Source: Candidatus Bathyarchaeia archaeon (lineage in GTDB: Archaea > Thermoproteota > Bathyarchaeia > TCS64). Taken from it: 64,000 nt of DNA. The stretch's first letter is position 1; every line of letters starts with the position of its first letter. Location: contig JBEKDF010000005.1 in assembly GCA_050014495.1 (NCBI GenBank), positions 32,001 to 96,000 of the forward strand, given 5' to 3'. The position numbers and the translations under genes are program-made. Below the pieces are notes generated by a model, which saw only the letters and a list, made by a program, of their open reading frames with translations, ran no database searches and was not told the origin of the DNA. Below are positions 30,661 to 40,590 of the stretch, piece by piece.

Positions 30661-32762
30661 CCACAGACCTCGCAGCCCTCGACGGGACGGCCACCGGCGT
30701 ACTCAGCCTCAGCAGTTGCAACCTTCTCCTCGCCTCGGGCTTCAACGCCGAGGTTAAGGACTTGAGCGCCCTTGCTCCCGTATCGATATATGGTTACTCC
30801 CTTGCAGTGGAGATCGTGGGCGAGGCGGTAGACACTCTCCACGTCGCCTATGCTAGCATCTTCGGGGAGGTTGACTGTCTTGGAGACGGCGTTCTCCGTG
30901 TACTTCTGCCAGGCCGCCTGTATCCTAACATGCCACTCGGGTTTTATATCATGAGCGGTGACGAAGAGGCGACGAATGTCCTCAGGGACGCCATTCACAT
31001 CCTTGATGGTGCCATGGCTCACAATCTTTTCGAGGCTCTCGCCACCGTAGAAGCCGCGGTTCTTCGCCATCTTTTCAAAGATGGGATGGAGTTCGAAGAG
31101 ACGAGCTCCCTCGAGGACGTGGCGCATAAAGGCGATGGCGAAGAGTGGCTCGATGCCCGAAGAGCAACCAGCGATGATACTTATTGTGCCTGTGGGGGCG
31201 ATGGTGGTCACTGTTGCGTTCCTACGGGCCCTGTACTTGCCCTTCCAGATGCTCCACTCGAAGTTGGGGAATGAGCCGCGCTTAAGTCCTAGCTCCTCAG
31301 AGGCATGCGCTGATTCCTCCTCAATGAACTTCGCTATCTCCTCGCCGATTTCTACAGCCCTCTCTGAGTCGTAGGGAACTCCAATGAGGATGAGGAGGTC
31401 AGCGAATCCCATGATCCCGAGGCCAATCTTCCTATTCGCCTTTGTGATTGCATCGGTCTCCTTGAGGGGATAGGGGTTTACATCTATGACATTGTCTAGG
31501 AACCTGATGGCAGTCCGTATCGTGGCGCGGAGTTTCTCCCAGTCGATTGAGGCGTCCACCTTTAGCATCTTGGAAAGGTTGATGCTGCCGAGGTTGCAGG
31601 ACTCGTAGGGAAGGAGGGGTTGCTCTCCACAGGGGTTCGTCGACTCCATCGCGCCGACCCTAGGGGTCGGGTTGTACCTATTCACCTCGTCTATAAAGAC
31701 GATGCCGGGGTCCCCGCTCCTCCAAGCGTTGTCGATTATTCTGTCCCATACATAGCGGGCGCTGAGCCGCTTCGCCGACTTTCCCGTCCTTGGGTTGATG
31801 AGATCGTAGTCTTGGTTTTTCTCTACGGCCTCCATAAAGGCGTCGGTTACAGTGACGCTTATATTGAAGTTGGTGAGGACGCCAGGGCGAGTCTTGGATG
31901 TCACGAATTCGATGATGTCGGGGTGGTCGACTCGGAGGATTGCCATCATGGCACCGCGGCGGCGGCCCCCTGCTTTTATGACCTCGGTTGTGGCGTCGAA
32001 TATCTTCATGAAGCTGACGGGGCCGGAGGCGACTCCCATCGTAGTCTTGACGACATCACCGGAGGGGCGGAGCCTGCTGAAGTCGAAGCCGACACCCCCA
32101 CCCGTCTGTTCAATGAGGGCCATATTCTTTAGGGTAGTAAAGATACCCTCGAGGCTGTCCTCTACGGGTAGAACGTAGCATGCACTAAGGGCGAAGCCCG
32201 TCTTCGTCCCTGCATTGAAGAGTGTGGGGCTATTGGGGATGAACTCCAGCCTACTCATGACTCCGTAGAATTCTTTCGCACCCGCCTCTGGGTCGCCACC
32301 GTAGATCTTGTCAGCAGCGGCGATTGCCTTGGAGACCCTCCAGAACATGCCAGTAGGCGTCTCTATAATATCACCCTTCTCGTCTTTGAGGAGGTACCTC
32401 TTCTCCAGCACTTCGATGGCGTTGATGCTGAGTTTTGGCTCGTCTAGGATGCCCAGCTTCCCCCTGAGGATGCGTAACTCCGCCTTCTTCAGCCGATATG
32501 ATTGATAGTCCTTCGCAACGGGATCGTGTCCCGTCTCGCGCAGAGTCTCTACGACGAGGTCCTGTATAGCCTCGACTGTCGGGGTCCCAGCAGGGTAGAG
32601 CCTATTCAGCTCCTCGACGACTCTGTCACTAATGACCTTCGCGGTTGCGCCGTCGCTACCCTCGACAGCGAAGAGAGCTTTATAGATCGCGTTGGTTATC
32701 TTCCCCTGGTCGAAGTCCACGACCCTTCCATCCCTTTTTCTGACGCTCTTTACGGTAGACAC
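30657..32762 (-). CDS. nrdJ: Adenosylcobalamin-dependent (class II) ribonucleotide reductase with N-terminal ATP cone
   Basis: V.KRDG ATP cone, PNSPTLFNAG, SACYV, NPCGEQ, CNLGS, IAPTGTIS, KGVTIYR, C-terminal CxxC. Confidence 0.95.
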   Translation of the reverse strand: MSTVKSVRKRDGRVVDFDQGKITNAIYKALFAVEGSDGATAKVISDRVVEELNRLYPAGTPTVEAIQDLVVETLRETGHDPVAKDYQSYRLKKAELRILRGKLGILDEPKLSINAIEVLEKRYLLKDEKGDIIETPTGMFWRVSKAIAAADKIYGGDPEAGAKEFYGVMSRLEFIPNSPTLFNAGTKTGFALSACYVLPVEDSLEGIFTTLKNMALIEQTGGGVGFDFSRLRPSGDVVKTTMGVASGPVSFMKIFDATTEVIKAGGRRRGAMMAILRVDHPDIIEFVTSKTRPGVLTNFNISVTVTDAFMEAVEKNQDYDLINPRTGKSAKRLSARYVWDRIIDNAWRSGDPGIVFIDEVNRYNPTPRVGAMESTNPCGEQPLLPYESCNLGSINLSKMLKVDASIDWEKLRATIRTAIRFLDNVIDVNPYPLKETDAITKANRKIGLGIMGFADLLILIGVPYDSERAVEIGEEIAKFIEEESAHASEELGLKRGSFPNFEWSIWKGKYRARRNATVTTIAPTGTISIIAGCSSGIEPLFAIAFMRHVLEGARLFELHPIFEKMAKNRGFYGGESLEKIVSHGTIKDVNGVPEDIRRLFVTAHDIKPEWHVRIQAAWQKYTENAVSKTVNLPEDASIGDVESVYRLAHDLHCKGVTIYRYGSKGAQVLNLGVEARGEEKVATAEAEYAGGRPVEGCEVCG

Positions 32763-32840
32763 GCCGTTTTCCTCGGTAATTTGGGGATCATGGCTATATT
32801 AGAATCCACAGGTGTTTCAGGCATGGGTTAGAGTTGGCTA

Positions 32841-33980
32841 CTACTTCGAGAAGAGATCGAGAGGTGTCTGCCCCGTCATCTTCGACTCCTTGATTAGGAA
32901 GTCGCGTAACTCGCCTTCGTCCTTGAAAATCCTAGTGCTGTACCACTCGAAAAATGGACTGGGTTCGTAAGGGTAGTAGACATAGACGAGCTTGGCGAGG
33001 CTCTTAGCGTAGACCATCTCGCACATGACGCCGGCACTGATGCTTTGGCGTGGGTGGTAGACGACGACCATATGGCTGTTCTCTATAATCTTGTAGTCTC
33101 CGTCGATTATCTGGAACCTGAGGTTCTTTATAGCGGCCTCGACCTCGGCGGTGTCGAGTATGACCTCCTTAGGGCCATCGTGGTACTGGATACGTAATGG
33201 TATCCTGCTTGGGCGGGGTTCCCCAAGGTCGATAGCTGAATTGAGGGCATCGCGCCAGCACTCGACTATCTCCCAATCCTTGATCATTGATGGATCGTAG
33301 ACTATGTAATAGTCCTTTAGGGCAGAGGCGAATTTAGTGAATTTCTTGAATGAGTCCTCGTCCTCGCCAGTGATTGGGTGGCTTAGGTAGAACTTCTCTT
33401 TGCGGGGGTTGAATATGATGTCACGGAGGAAGTCAGGGCCGTTCTCGTAAGCGACTATCTGCACCTCTTTGCGAGGGGTGAAGCTTCGTGCCTGCTCGTA
33501 GACGTCGGCCATCTCCTCACGGCGCCAGTTGGCTATCTCGCCAAGTGTATAATGGTGCTCCATCCACTGGGGGTCCTTGGCGAGGCGCTCCCTGACCCTG
33601 ATTATATCGTCGAAGACGACGACGAAAAGGTCGGGGTCTAAGCGCTCCACATCGCCACGGTCGAGGCCCTTGAATCGGTTGCCCTTCCACTCGAAGTGAT
33701 GGGGAGTGCTAATTATATTGACGCCACCGCGTTGTCTGATTTCGTTCTCTATGCGTGTGACTGCTGCTTCACGTAGAGCGTCCATCCTATCGGGTTGGCT
33801 GTCATAGAAGTCGAGGATGTTGAGCTTACTCAGATTCATGCCCTCAAGACGGGCCTGCTCGACTATGTACTCGAATAGATGATAGTAGTGGAAACTCACC
33901 CTCTCCCTCATCTTGGTGAGCATCTCGTCGCGACCGTTCCCCGGCGGACCGGTGCAGATGATGACGCGCTTCATGGACAT
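32841..33980 (-). CDS. Fusion of an archaeal adenylate-kinase-like domain and a nucleoside deoxyribosyltransferase-like domain
   Basis: N-terminal TGPPGNGRD P-loop-like motif; C-terminal YLSHPIT...DY..I..S..VVV...S.GV..E..YA...K.V. Confidence 0.6.
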   Translation of the reverse strand: MSMKRVIICTGPPGNGRDEMLTKMRERVSFHYYHLFEYIVEQARLEGMNLSKLNILDFYDSQPDRMDALREAAVTRIENEIRQRGGVNIISTPHHFEWKGNRFKGLDRGDVERLDPDLFVVVFDDIIRVRERLAKDPQWMEHHYTLGEIANWRREEMADVYEQARSFTPRKEVQIVAYENGPDFLRDIIFNPRKEKFYLSHPITGEDEDSFKKFTKFASALKDYYIVYDPSMIKDWEIVECWRDALNSAIDLGEPRPSRIPLRIQYHDGPKEVILDTAEVEAAIKNLRFQIIDGDYKIIENSHMVVVYHPRQSISAGVMCEMVYAKSLAKLVYVYYPYEPSPFFEWYSTRIFKDEGELRDFLIKESKMTGQTPLDLFSK

Positions 33981-34071
33981 AGCTGAGACATAGTCCAAGC
34001 GCCTTTTATCTACATACCCTCTCTGGGAAGTTATTTCTAGCTGTGGAGCCTATTCGGATGGGTGGTTTAAC

Positions 34072-35265
34072 ATGTCCTTCTACGAGCCTCTTAGGTCATT
34101 TGAGCTCCACATGCCGAGTAGAGTGCTGTTCGGCATCAATTCCGTCGAGAAGATAGGCATTGAGGCGAAACGTCTCCGTGCTGCGAAGGTTCTCGTCGTG
34201 ACCGATAAGGGCGTCTCTATGACAGGAGCGCCAGAGAGGATTAGGGCCCTGTTGGTAAAAGAGAGCCTTATCGCTGAGGTTTGGAATAAAGCTGAGACTG
34301 AGCCCAGCATAGGCTGCGTCGTAGGGCTCCGCGACTACATTGTGGCGGGGGGATTCGACCTGATCGTTGGCCTCGGCGGTGGGAGCTGCATGGACGTGGC
34401 GAAGGCCGCAGCGGTCCTCTCACGGAATGAGGAGGATCCAGAGGACTACTTCGCTGGGGGAAAGAGGGAGTTCGAAAAAGAGGGAATACCATGCATCACG
34501 ATCCCAACAACAGCAGGGACGGGGGCGGAGATAACGTGGGACGCTGTCGTCAAGGATAAGACAGGGATAAAGGCCGTCTACGAGCACGCGTACGTGATTC
34601 CTTCACTGGCAATCGTCGACCCGATGATGTCGGCTAGCATGCCACCGAGGCTCACCGCCTCCTCCGGTGTAGACGCGCTCAGTCATGCGATAGAGTCTAG
34701 CCTCACTAAGTACACGAACCCGATCACCTTCGCCCTCGCCCTACAGTCTATTAGGCTCATCTCGGGAAACCTGAGAACCGCCGTCTACCAGCCGAACAAC
34801 CTAGAGGCACGGTATAACATGGCTCTAGCGACGCTGATGGAAGCGTTCTCGGAGATGAATGCTGGGGATATTGAAGCTCATGGCTTCGGTCACCTCATTG
34901 GCTCTGTTTACAGAATACCTCACGGCGTCGCCTGCGGGCTCGCGCTACCACACGCGATGGAGCATAATATAGTCGTCTCAGCCGATAGGCTCGCCATGAT
35001 CGCGGAGGCGATGGGCGTAGACACCACTGGTATGACACTCAAGCAGGCCGCATATGTGGCAGTAGACGCCGTCATTGAACTCATTGAGGACGTGGGACTC
35101 CCCACCAGCCTGAAGGAGGTTGGCATAAAAAGGGAGGATCTTCCCAAGCTCGCCGAGCAGGCGGTCACTATCCCCTGGATCAAGGTCATGTTCAGCAACG
35201 CTATCCGCGATATGACGAAGGAAACTGCCCTTAAGTTCCTAGAAGAAATATACGGTGAAGAGTAG
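34072..35265 (+). CDS. Iron-containing alcohol dehydrogenase family protein
   Basis: GLGGGS.MD.AK, PTTAGTG.E, G.DALSHAIE, H...H, PHG. Confidence 0.92.
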   Translation: MSFYEPLRSFELHMPSRVLFGINSVEKIGIEAKRLRAAKVLVVTDKGVSMTGAPERIRALLVKESLIAEVWNKAETEPSIGCVVGLRDYIVAGGFDLIVGLGGGSCMDVAKAAAVLSRNEEDPEDYFAGGKREFEKEGIPCITIPTTAGTGAEITWDAVVKDKTGIKAVYEHAYVIPSLAIVDPMMSASMPPRLTASSGVDALSHAIESSLTKYTNPITFALALQSIRLISGNLRTAVYQPNNLEARYNMALATLMEAFSEMNAGDIEAHGFGHLIGSVYRIPHGVACGLALPHAMEHNIVVSADRLAMIAEAMGVDTTGMTLKQAAYVAVDAVIELIEDVGLPTSLKEVGIKREDLPKLAEQAVTIPWIKVMFSNAIRDMTKETALKFLEEIYGEE

Positions 35266-35358
35266 ACCCAAAATATTTTTTCTCTTATCTATGATGACAC
35301 AAGTTCCTGATGCCCGTGGAAACGCTTTAAAACCCTACACTTGAACCCTAGATGGTGC

Positions 35359-35434
35359 GAGCCCGTAGCCCAGCGGATAAGGCATCGGCCTCCGGAGCCG
35401 GAGAGCGTGGGTTCGAATCCCACCGGGCTCGCCA
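35359..35434 (+). tRNA. tRNA-Arg (anticodon CCG), CCA encoded, no intron
   Basis: Acceptor GAGCCCG/CGGGCTC, anticodon arm TCGGC-CTCCGGA-GCCGG, T arm GTGGG-TTCGAAT-CCCAC, 3' GCCA; TATA TTTAAA ~35326. Confidence 0.97.
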
Positions 35435-35446
35435 CGGTGAACAAGC

Positions 35447-37378
35447 ATGTACAATCCCCTCGCGAAGCTGAGAGAGGAGTGCCAGCGCCAGCTTCTGGCG
35501 GCAATGGAGGCCGCCTACCCCGGCACAGCACTTCCAGAGTCCAAGTTCAGCCAGCCACCCGACCCCAAGATGGGCGAGCTAGCATCAGCTGCATCATTTC
35601 AGCTCGCGAAGCAGCTCAGGCAAAAACCAGTCGACATTGCTGTTAACATCGCTAAACATGTCAAACACGAGGGCCTAGTCGCCTCCGCCGAAGCGGTGAA
35701 CGGCTACATCAACTTCCACGCCGACGAGGGCAACTACTATAGGCTCGTCTTCGAGACGGCCTCCAATGACAAGGAATACGGGTACCTGAAGGCGGAGAAG
35801 CCCCTCAAGGTTATGGTTGAGCACACATCGGCGAACCCGATCCACCCAATCACCATCGGCCACGCCCGTAACGCAATCATCGGCGCCTGTCTAGCCAACA
35901 TGCTCCGTCTTCACGGTCACGGCATGAGTGTCCACTTCCTAGTAAACGACATGGGTCGTCAGGTAGCTCTCGCCACGTGGGGCTGGACACTCCTCGGCAA
36001 ACCCGAGCCAGACACCCGCGGTGAGATATTCATCGGCGCTATATACGCCTCGACAAACGTCAACATGGAGCTTTTAAGAGTCAAAAAGGAACTCAAGGCC
36101 GCCGAGGAGAAGGCCGATGTCCCCATGATTGCTGAGCTCCAAGAGGAGCTGGAGAAGTTCGAAACCGCCGCAACTGACCTCGAGAAGACAAATCCCAAAA
36201 TATACGTGGCCCTCAAGGAGAAAATTGCTGGCTACGATAACCCAACCGCCGAGATCGCCAAACTCAATACCGCTTACGAGAACAATGATCCCGAGACCAA
36301 GATAACCGTAAGGCGCCTGGTCAATATATGCCTCGATGGCTTTGTCGAGACCATGGGGGAGCTCGGTGTACATTACGACTCATTCGATTACGAGAGCGAC
36401 TTGGTCTGGGAACGGAAGGCAGACGAGGTCCTAGAGGCGCTGAAGAACACGAACTTTATCGAGCATGACCAGGGCGCACTCGTTCTTAACTGCGACGAGG
36501 TCGCCACAGTCTATGCTCTCAAAGAGCGCTGGGGGCTGGCACCCTATCATGAGATACCCCGACTCGTCCTTGTCCGAAGCGACGGCACCACACTCTACAC
36601 CCTCCGAGACATGGCGTACAGCATCTACAAGTTCGGCACCGGTGTTGACAAGATAATAAACGTCATTGGACAGGAACAGGCACTCGCCCAGCTTCAGCTA
36701 AGGATAGCCCTCGTCGCAATCGGCAAGCAGTCGATGGGCGACAACCAGCTACACTACGGCTACGAGTTTGTCAAGCTCCCCGAAGGTAAAATGAGTGGGC
36801 GCTTAGGCAGGTACGTCGCCCTAAACGACGTGATGGCTCGAAGCGTTGAGCTCGCCTACGAGGAGGTGACGAAGAGGACACCGGACCTCCCTGAGGAGCA
36901 GCGCAGGAACATATCCCTAATGGTGGGCCATGGGGCTGTCAAGTACACCCTACTCAGCGTTGATGCCAGTAAGCAGGTAATATTCGACTGGGCGAAGGCA
37001 CTCAACTTCGAGACAAATAGTGCACCCTTCATCCAGTACAGCTACGCCCGATGCTGTAATATCCTAAAACGCGCCGATGTAAAATCCGAGGCAGACTTCA
37101 GCCAACTAACTAACCCAAAGGAGAGAGAGATAGTGGGCATCGTCGCAAACTGGCCCGAGGTATTCGCCGAGGCAACTGAGGAGCTGAAACCTGGTACAAT
37201 CGCCGCATATCTCAATAGCCTCGCCGACGGTTTCAACAGCTTCTATTCAAGCCTGCGCGTCCTTAACGCGGAGACTCCTGGACTGATCGGTGCACGCCTC
37301 ATCCTCGTTGACGCTGTCCGAATTGTCCTAAAAAATGGTTGCACAGCTCTTGGTATCGAGGCACCAGAGAGGATGTAG
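35447..37378 (+). CDS. argS: Arginine--tRNA ligase
   Basis: EHTSANP..P..IGH.RNA, RSDGT.LY..RD.AY, KMSGR.G, QY.YAR, C-terminal PERM. Confidence 0.95.
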   Translation: MYNPLAKLREECQRQLLAAMEAAYPGTALPESKFSQPPDPKMGELASAASFQLAKQLRQKPVDIAVNIAKHVKHEGLVASAEAVNGYINFHADEGNYYRLVFETASNDKEYGYLKAEKPLKVMVEHTSANPIHPITIGHARNAIIGACLANMLRLHGHGMSVHFLVNDMGRQVALATWGWTLLGKPEPDTRGEIFIGAIYASTNVNMELLRVKKELKAAEEKADVPMIAELQEELEKFETAATDLEKTNPKIYVALKEKIAGYDNPTAEIAKLNTAYENNDPETKITVRRLVNICLDGFVETMGELGVHYDSFDYESDLVWERKADEVLEALKNTNFIEHDQGALVLNCDEVATVYALKERWGLAPYHEIPRLVLVRSDGTTLYTLRDMAYSIYKFGTGVDKIINVIGQEQALAQLQLRIALVAIGKQSMGDNQLHYGYEFVKLPEGKMSGRLGRYVALNDVMARSVELAYEEVTKRTPDLPEEQRRNISLMVGHGAVKYTLLSVDASKQVIFDWAKALNFETNSAPFIQYSYARCCNILKRADVKSEADFSQLTNPKEREIVGIVANWPEVFAEATEELKPGTIAAYLNSLADGFNSFYSSLRVLNAETPGLIGARLILVDAVRIVLKNGCTALGIEAPERM

Positions 37379-37504
37379 CAAATCCCAATCGTTATGTAGA
37401 CTCTCTATTCCTTTTGTGCGCTTTTTCCACGAATTGTCTTATGTAAGAGCGCATGCGCATTTAGTACACATCGGAACATCGTGAAGAGACTTCGGGCTCT
37501 TCAG

Positions 37505-38092
37505 TCAGCTTAAAAATTTTGCCAGTGCCGCCATATCCCTCTTCAAATCACCTAGCAGCCTTCGGTTGTAAATCGCTGCTGCAGGGTGATAGAGGGGATA
37601 AACAATAACTTTTCCCCAGGGAGCCTCAACTTTGTATGCCTCTCCATGTGCGGAACCTATCTGGGACTTTTCTATACCGAATCTCTCGAAGACGTGTTCT
37701 AAAGCGCTGTTCCCCATTGGCGCAATTATTTCGGGCTCGATTATCTCTAATAGCCTCTCGATATGCGTTGAACAGGCCGTGATCTCTTCTCTTCTTGGTT
37801 TTCTATTTCTCGGTGGCCGGCATCGAACCACATTCGTAATGAAAACTCCACAACGACTTAGGTTAACCCCGGTGAGGAGTTGGTCAAGCAGATTCCCAGC
37901 TGAACCAACGAAAGGACGCCCAGTCTCATCCTCCCTACGTCCAGGTGCCTCCCCAAGGAAGACTACATGGGAATCTAGGTTTCCCTCACCCATGACATGG
38001 TTCTTAGCCCCAGCGCAAAGCGAACAGGACTCGCAGGACTCTACTTCCCACGTAAGTTTCTCGAATTTTATCTTCTTGGACGTAGGAACCAG
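37505..38092 (-). CDS. udg: Family 4 uracil-DNA glycosylase (Fe-S), probable CTG start
   Basis: GEAPG..ED.TGRPFVG.AG, TNVVRCRPP.NR.P, YHPAA; the Fe-S CxxC.LC lies upstream of ATG 37993 in the same frame; CTG 38092 has SD GAGGTG 8 nt upstream. Confidence 0.92.
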   Translation of the reverse strand: MVPTSKKIKFEKLTWEVESCESCSLCAGAKNHVMGEGNLDSHVVFLGEAPGRREDETGRPFVGSAGNLLDQLLTGVNLSRCGVFITNVVRCRPPRNRKPRREEITACSTHIERLLEIIEPEIIAPMGNSALEHVFERFGIEKSQIGSAHGEAYKVEAPWGKVIVYPLYHPAAAIYNRRLLGDLKRDMAALAKFLS

Positions 38093-38317
38093 CTTAAGGA
38101 CACCTCTCGTGGATTACTATGCCTATGCACCACGGGAGGGTAAAAAGTTGAGTCTCGAACAATCTTCTTACAGCTAGTAGTAAAGTGGTTGGCAACATAA
38201 TTAGCCAAGGTCGTCTTAATTCGAGGTCCTTCGAGGAAAAGAAGTTTACCGAGTGTAAACGAGCCAAAATGGCGATTACAGAAAAAGCATTTCAGCTGGG
38301 CCTCTATCTCTCCTACC

Positions 38318-38776
38318 ATGGAGCACAGTAAGCCTCACCCGGAGTTCAAGGTCTGGATAGAGACTGATGATGGCTACGTCTTTGGCCCAGGAGTATACAG
38401 CCTCTTAAAGAGGGTGAATGAGGTTGGAACCCTCAAGGAGGCTGCAATTCAACTGGGGATGAGCTATAGATATGCTTGGGGGCTCATTAGAAAAGCTGAG
38501 GAGAAGCTGGGGGAACCACTCCTCTTGGCACACAAGGGTGGTCGATCGGGTGGGGGAGGCGCTGAGCTCACTGAACGAGGCAAACACTTCTTGATAGAGT
38601 TTCAACGCCTCAGAGATCAGATGACACGCGCTTCGGAGGCGGACCCTGAGAAATTAATATCGGGAGTGGTTAAAGACATAAATGTCTCCGATGGAGAGGT
38701 CGATGTAGTTCTAAGAATAAGTGCCTATGACCGGGTACGACTTCGAAAGGGGGAGAAGGTGAACCTTCAGCTGTGA
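38318..38776 (+). CDS. ModE-like N-terminal HTH transcriptional regulator
   Basis: KVWIE....VFGPG...LL....GTL..AA..LGMSYRYAW, GG..GGGA.LT. Confidence 0.85.
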   Translation: MEHSKPHPEFKVWIETDDGYVFGPGVYSLLKRVNEVGTLKEAAIQLGMSYRYAWGLIRKAEEKLGEPLLLAHKGGRSGGGGAELTERGKHFLIEFQRLRDQMTRASEADPEKLISGVVKDINVSDGEVDVVLRISAYDRVRLRKGEKVNLQL

Positions 38777-38787
38777 GTACTCTCTCT

Positions 38788-39108
38788 TCACCCTATCTCA
38801 TCAACATCCATTATCTCCAAATATCTACCAAATTTCACTCTTAGGGCCTGTCCCTCGTCCGTCATTCTGTAAAAGCATTTTCCATCTGTTGACGAGTCTT
38901 CTCTTGTCAGATAGTTGAATTTGCAGAGGTCGTTCAAATGATGGTAGACGTTACCAATGTCGTTATCGTCTAGGTAGATGTGGAATTGATCCTTCATCGT
39001 CTTCCAAATATCATAACCGTATGATTCCTGACCATAATCGCCGTTTTTGTATATAATTGCAAGTATTTTCATCTTCGTAGCGCCGCATGAGCCCTGGGGT
39101 TTGGGCAA
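38788..39108 (-). CDS. PadR-like winged-helix regulator
   Basis: KILAII...SYGYDIW...VYHHL..L...FY.MTD.G; divergent from tfb. Confidence 0.7.
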   Translation of the reverse strand: MPKPQGSCGATKMKILAIIYKNGDYGQESYGYDIWKTMKDQFHIYLDDNDIGNVYHHLNDLCKFNYLTREDSSTDGKCFYRMTDEGQALRVKFGRYLEIMDVDEIG

Positions 39109-39213
39109 TTCTTCTCGAAAGACTTATAAGCGGCCCCTATATATATAACTTACGTATATGTAAAATATACTCTTCTCAAGACTAACTATCCAGGGGAGAA
39201 GTGGTAAGAAGGG

Positions 39214-40173
39214 ATGAAGATGGAAGTAGAATCACATAAGTGCCCAAAGTGCGGAGGCACAAATATAGTGAGCGATCCTGAGAATGGTGAGCGTGTATGC
39301 ATTAAGTGTGGCCTTGTAATAGAGGAGTCGCCCATCGATATGGGCCCCGAGTGGAGGGCATTCACGGTCGCTGAGAAGGAGAGCCGGAGCCGAACAGGAT
39401 TAGGAGAATCCCTGACGCTATATGATAAGGGGCTTTCGACCGTCTTCAAGGGGGATCGTGATGCCTCGGGGAGGAAGCTTGATGGAAAGGCGATGCTTAA
39501 GATGGATCGCCTCAGGCGTTATGATAACAGGAGTAAGTTTGATGAGACTTGGCGTAGGAACCTGAGTGTTGCGATGGCGGAGCTTGACAGGATGTCAGCA
39601 ATACTTCATGTTCCTAACAATGTCAAGGAACAAGCTGCTCATATCTACAGGAAGGCCTTGAAGGCGGATTTGATTAGGGGAAGGAGCATAGACGCCTTCG
39701 TCGCTGCTTCACTCTATGCTGCTTGTAGGGAGGCGGAGGTGCCGAGACCAATTAAAAAGGTGTCGGAGGCGAGCACGAGGGATCACTCGGAGGTCGCGAG
39801 AACATATCGTCTCCTCATCAAGGAGCTGAAGATCAGGATGCCGGTGGACGGACCTATGAAGTTCGTGCCTAGCATCGCATCTAAGCTTAGACTCAGAAGG
39901 GACACTGAGCAGAAGGCAATCAACATCCTGAGGGCAGCCAAGATAAAGCAGGGACTAGTGGGGAAAGACCCACGCGGTCTGGCTGCTGCAGCGCTCTACA
40001 TGGCATGTCTAGAGAACGATGATAGGCGAATACAGAAAGAGGTCGCTCGGGCTGCTGGTACAACGGAGGTCACGCTGAGGAACAGACTTCGAGGTTTGGA
40101 GATTTCAATAACTCCGATGCAAGAATCGCCCCCGATTATCGATCTCACTAATTCAACCCTTGTCTCAATGTGA
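39214..40173 (+). CDS. tfb: Transcription initiation factor IIB
   Basis: Zn ribbon CPKC..CIKC, D.GPEWRAF, two cyclin repeats (RGRS, GKDP.GLAAAALY, TEVTLRNR). Confidence 0.96.
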   Translation: MKMEVESHKCPKCGGTNIVSDPENGERVCIKCGLVIEESPIDMGPEWRAFTVAEKESRSRTGLGESLTLYDKGLSTVFKGDRDASGRKLDGKAMLKMDRLRRYDNRSKFDETWRRNLSVAMAELDRMSAILHVPNNVKEQAAHIYRKALKADLIRGRSIDAFVAASLYAACREAEVPRPIKKVSEASTRDHSEVARTYRLLIKELKIRMPVDGPMKFVPSIASKLRLRRDTEQKAINILRAAKIKQGLVGKDPRGLAAAALYMACLENDDRRIQKEVARAAGTTEVTLRNRLRGLEISITPMQESPPIIDLTNSTLVSM

Positions 40174-40238
40174 TCATTAGGCTTAGGAAATAGCTAATAT
40201 TTTTAACTACAAGCCCACCTTCAACTTCGAGATTCGGC

Positions 40239-40511
40239 ATGCCCGAGGGGAAGAAGCCTATGAAGATTACTATCGAGGAGGCTTTTCGAAGAATTCGTCC
40301 ACTCTTCATAATGATGATGATGTTCCCCCTCTTCGGCCTCGTCGCCACGATGATTCTGCTCTACGTTTTGAAGGTTAAGAATCTCCTGCTCATCGAAGGG
40401 CTCGTCCTCTTTGCGATGCTAATCTACGTCTCCACGACATATCTCGTAGCTAGGAAGATGAGTCAAATAGGGCAGAGGGCAAAGCCAGAGGAGCCTGGGA
40501 AGGAACCCTAG
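40239..40511 (+). CDS. Small two-TM membrane protein
   Basis: 90 aa with two hydrophobic helices, upstream of atpI. Confidence 0.6.
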   Translation: MPEGKKPMKITIEEAFRRIRPLFIMMMMFPLFGLVATMILLYVLKVKNLLLIEGLVLFAMLIYVSTTYLVARKMSQIGQRAKPEEPGKEP

Positions 40512-40590
40512 AGGCGTTCCCCCTTCGGTACAAGTTCATTTTTGAGCCCTAAAGTTTTTAATGGGACGAACCGCATTAAAGTGAGTCGCC

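Noticed and set aside
30654..32505. Long antisense ORFs (e.g. 30654-31274, 31620-32132) and similar ones elsewhere
   Set aside because: They are shadows of well-supported genes on the opposite strand, with no motifs of their own.
1969..32762. Inteins in AtpA, PolB or RNR
   Set aside because: Lengths are normal, motifs are contiguous, and no intein splice-junction or LAGLIDADG blocks were seen.
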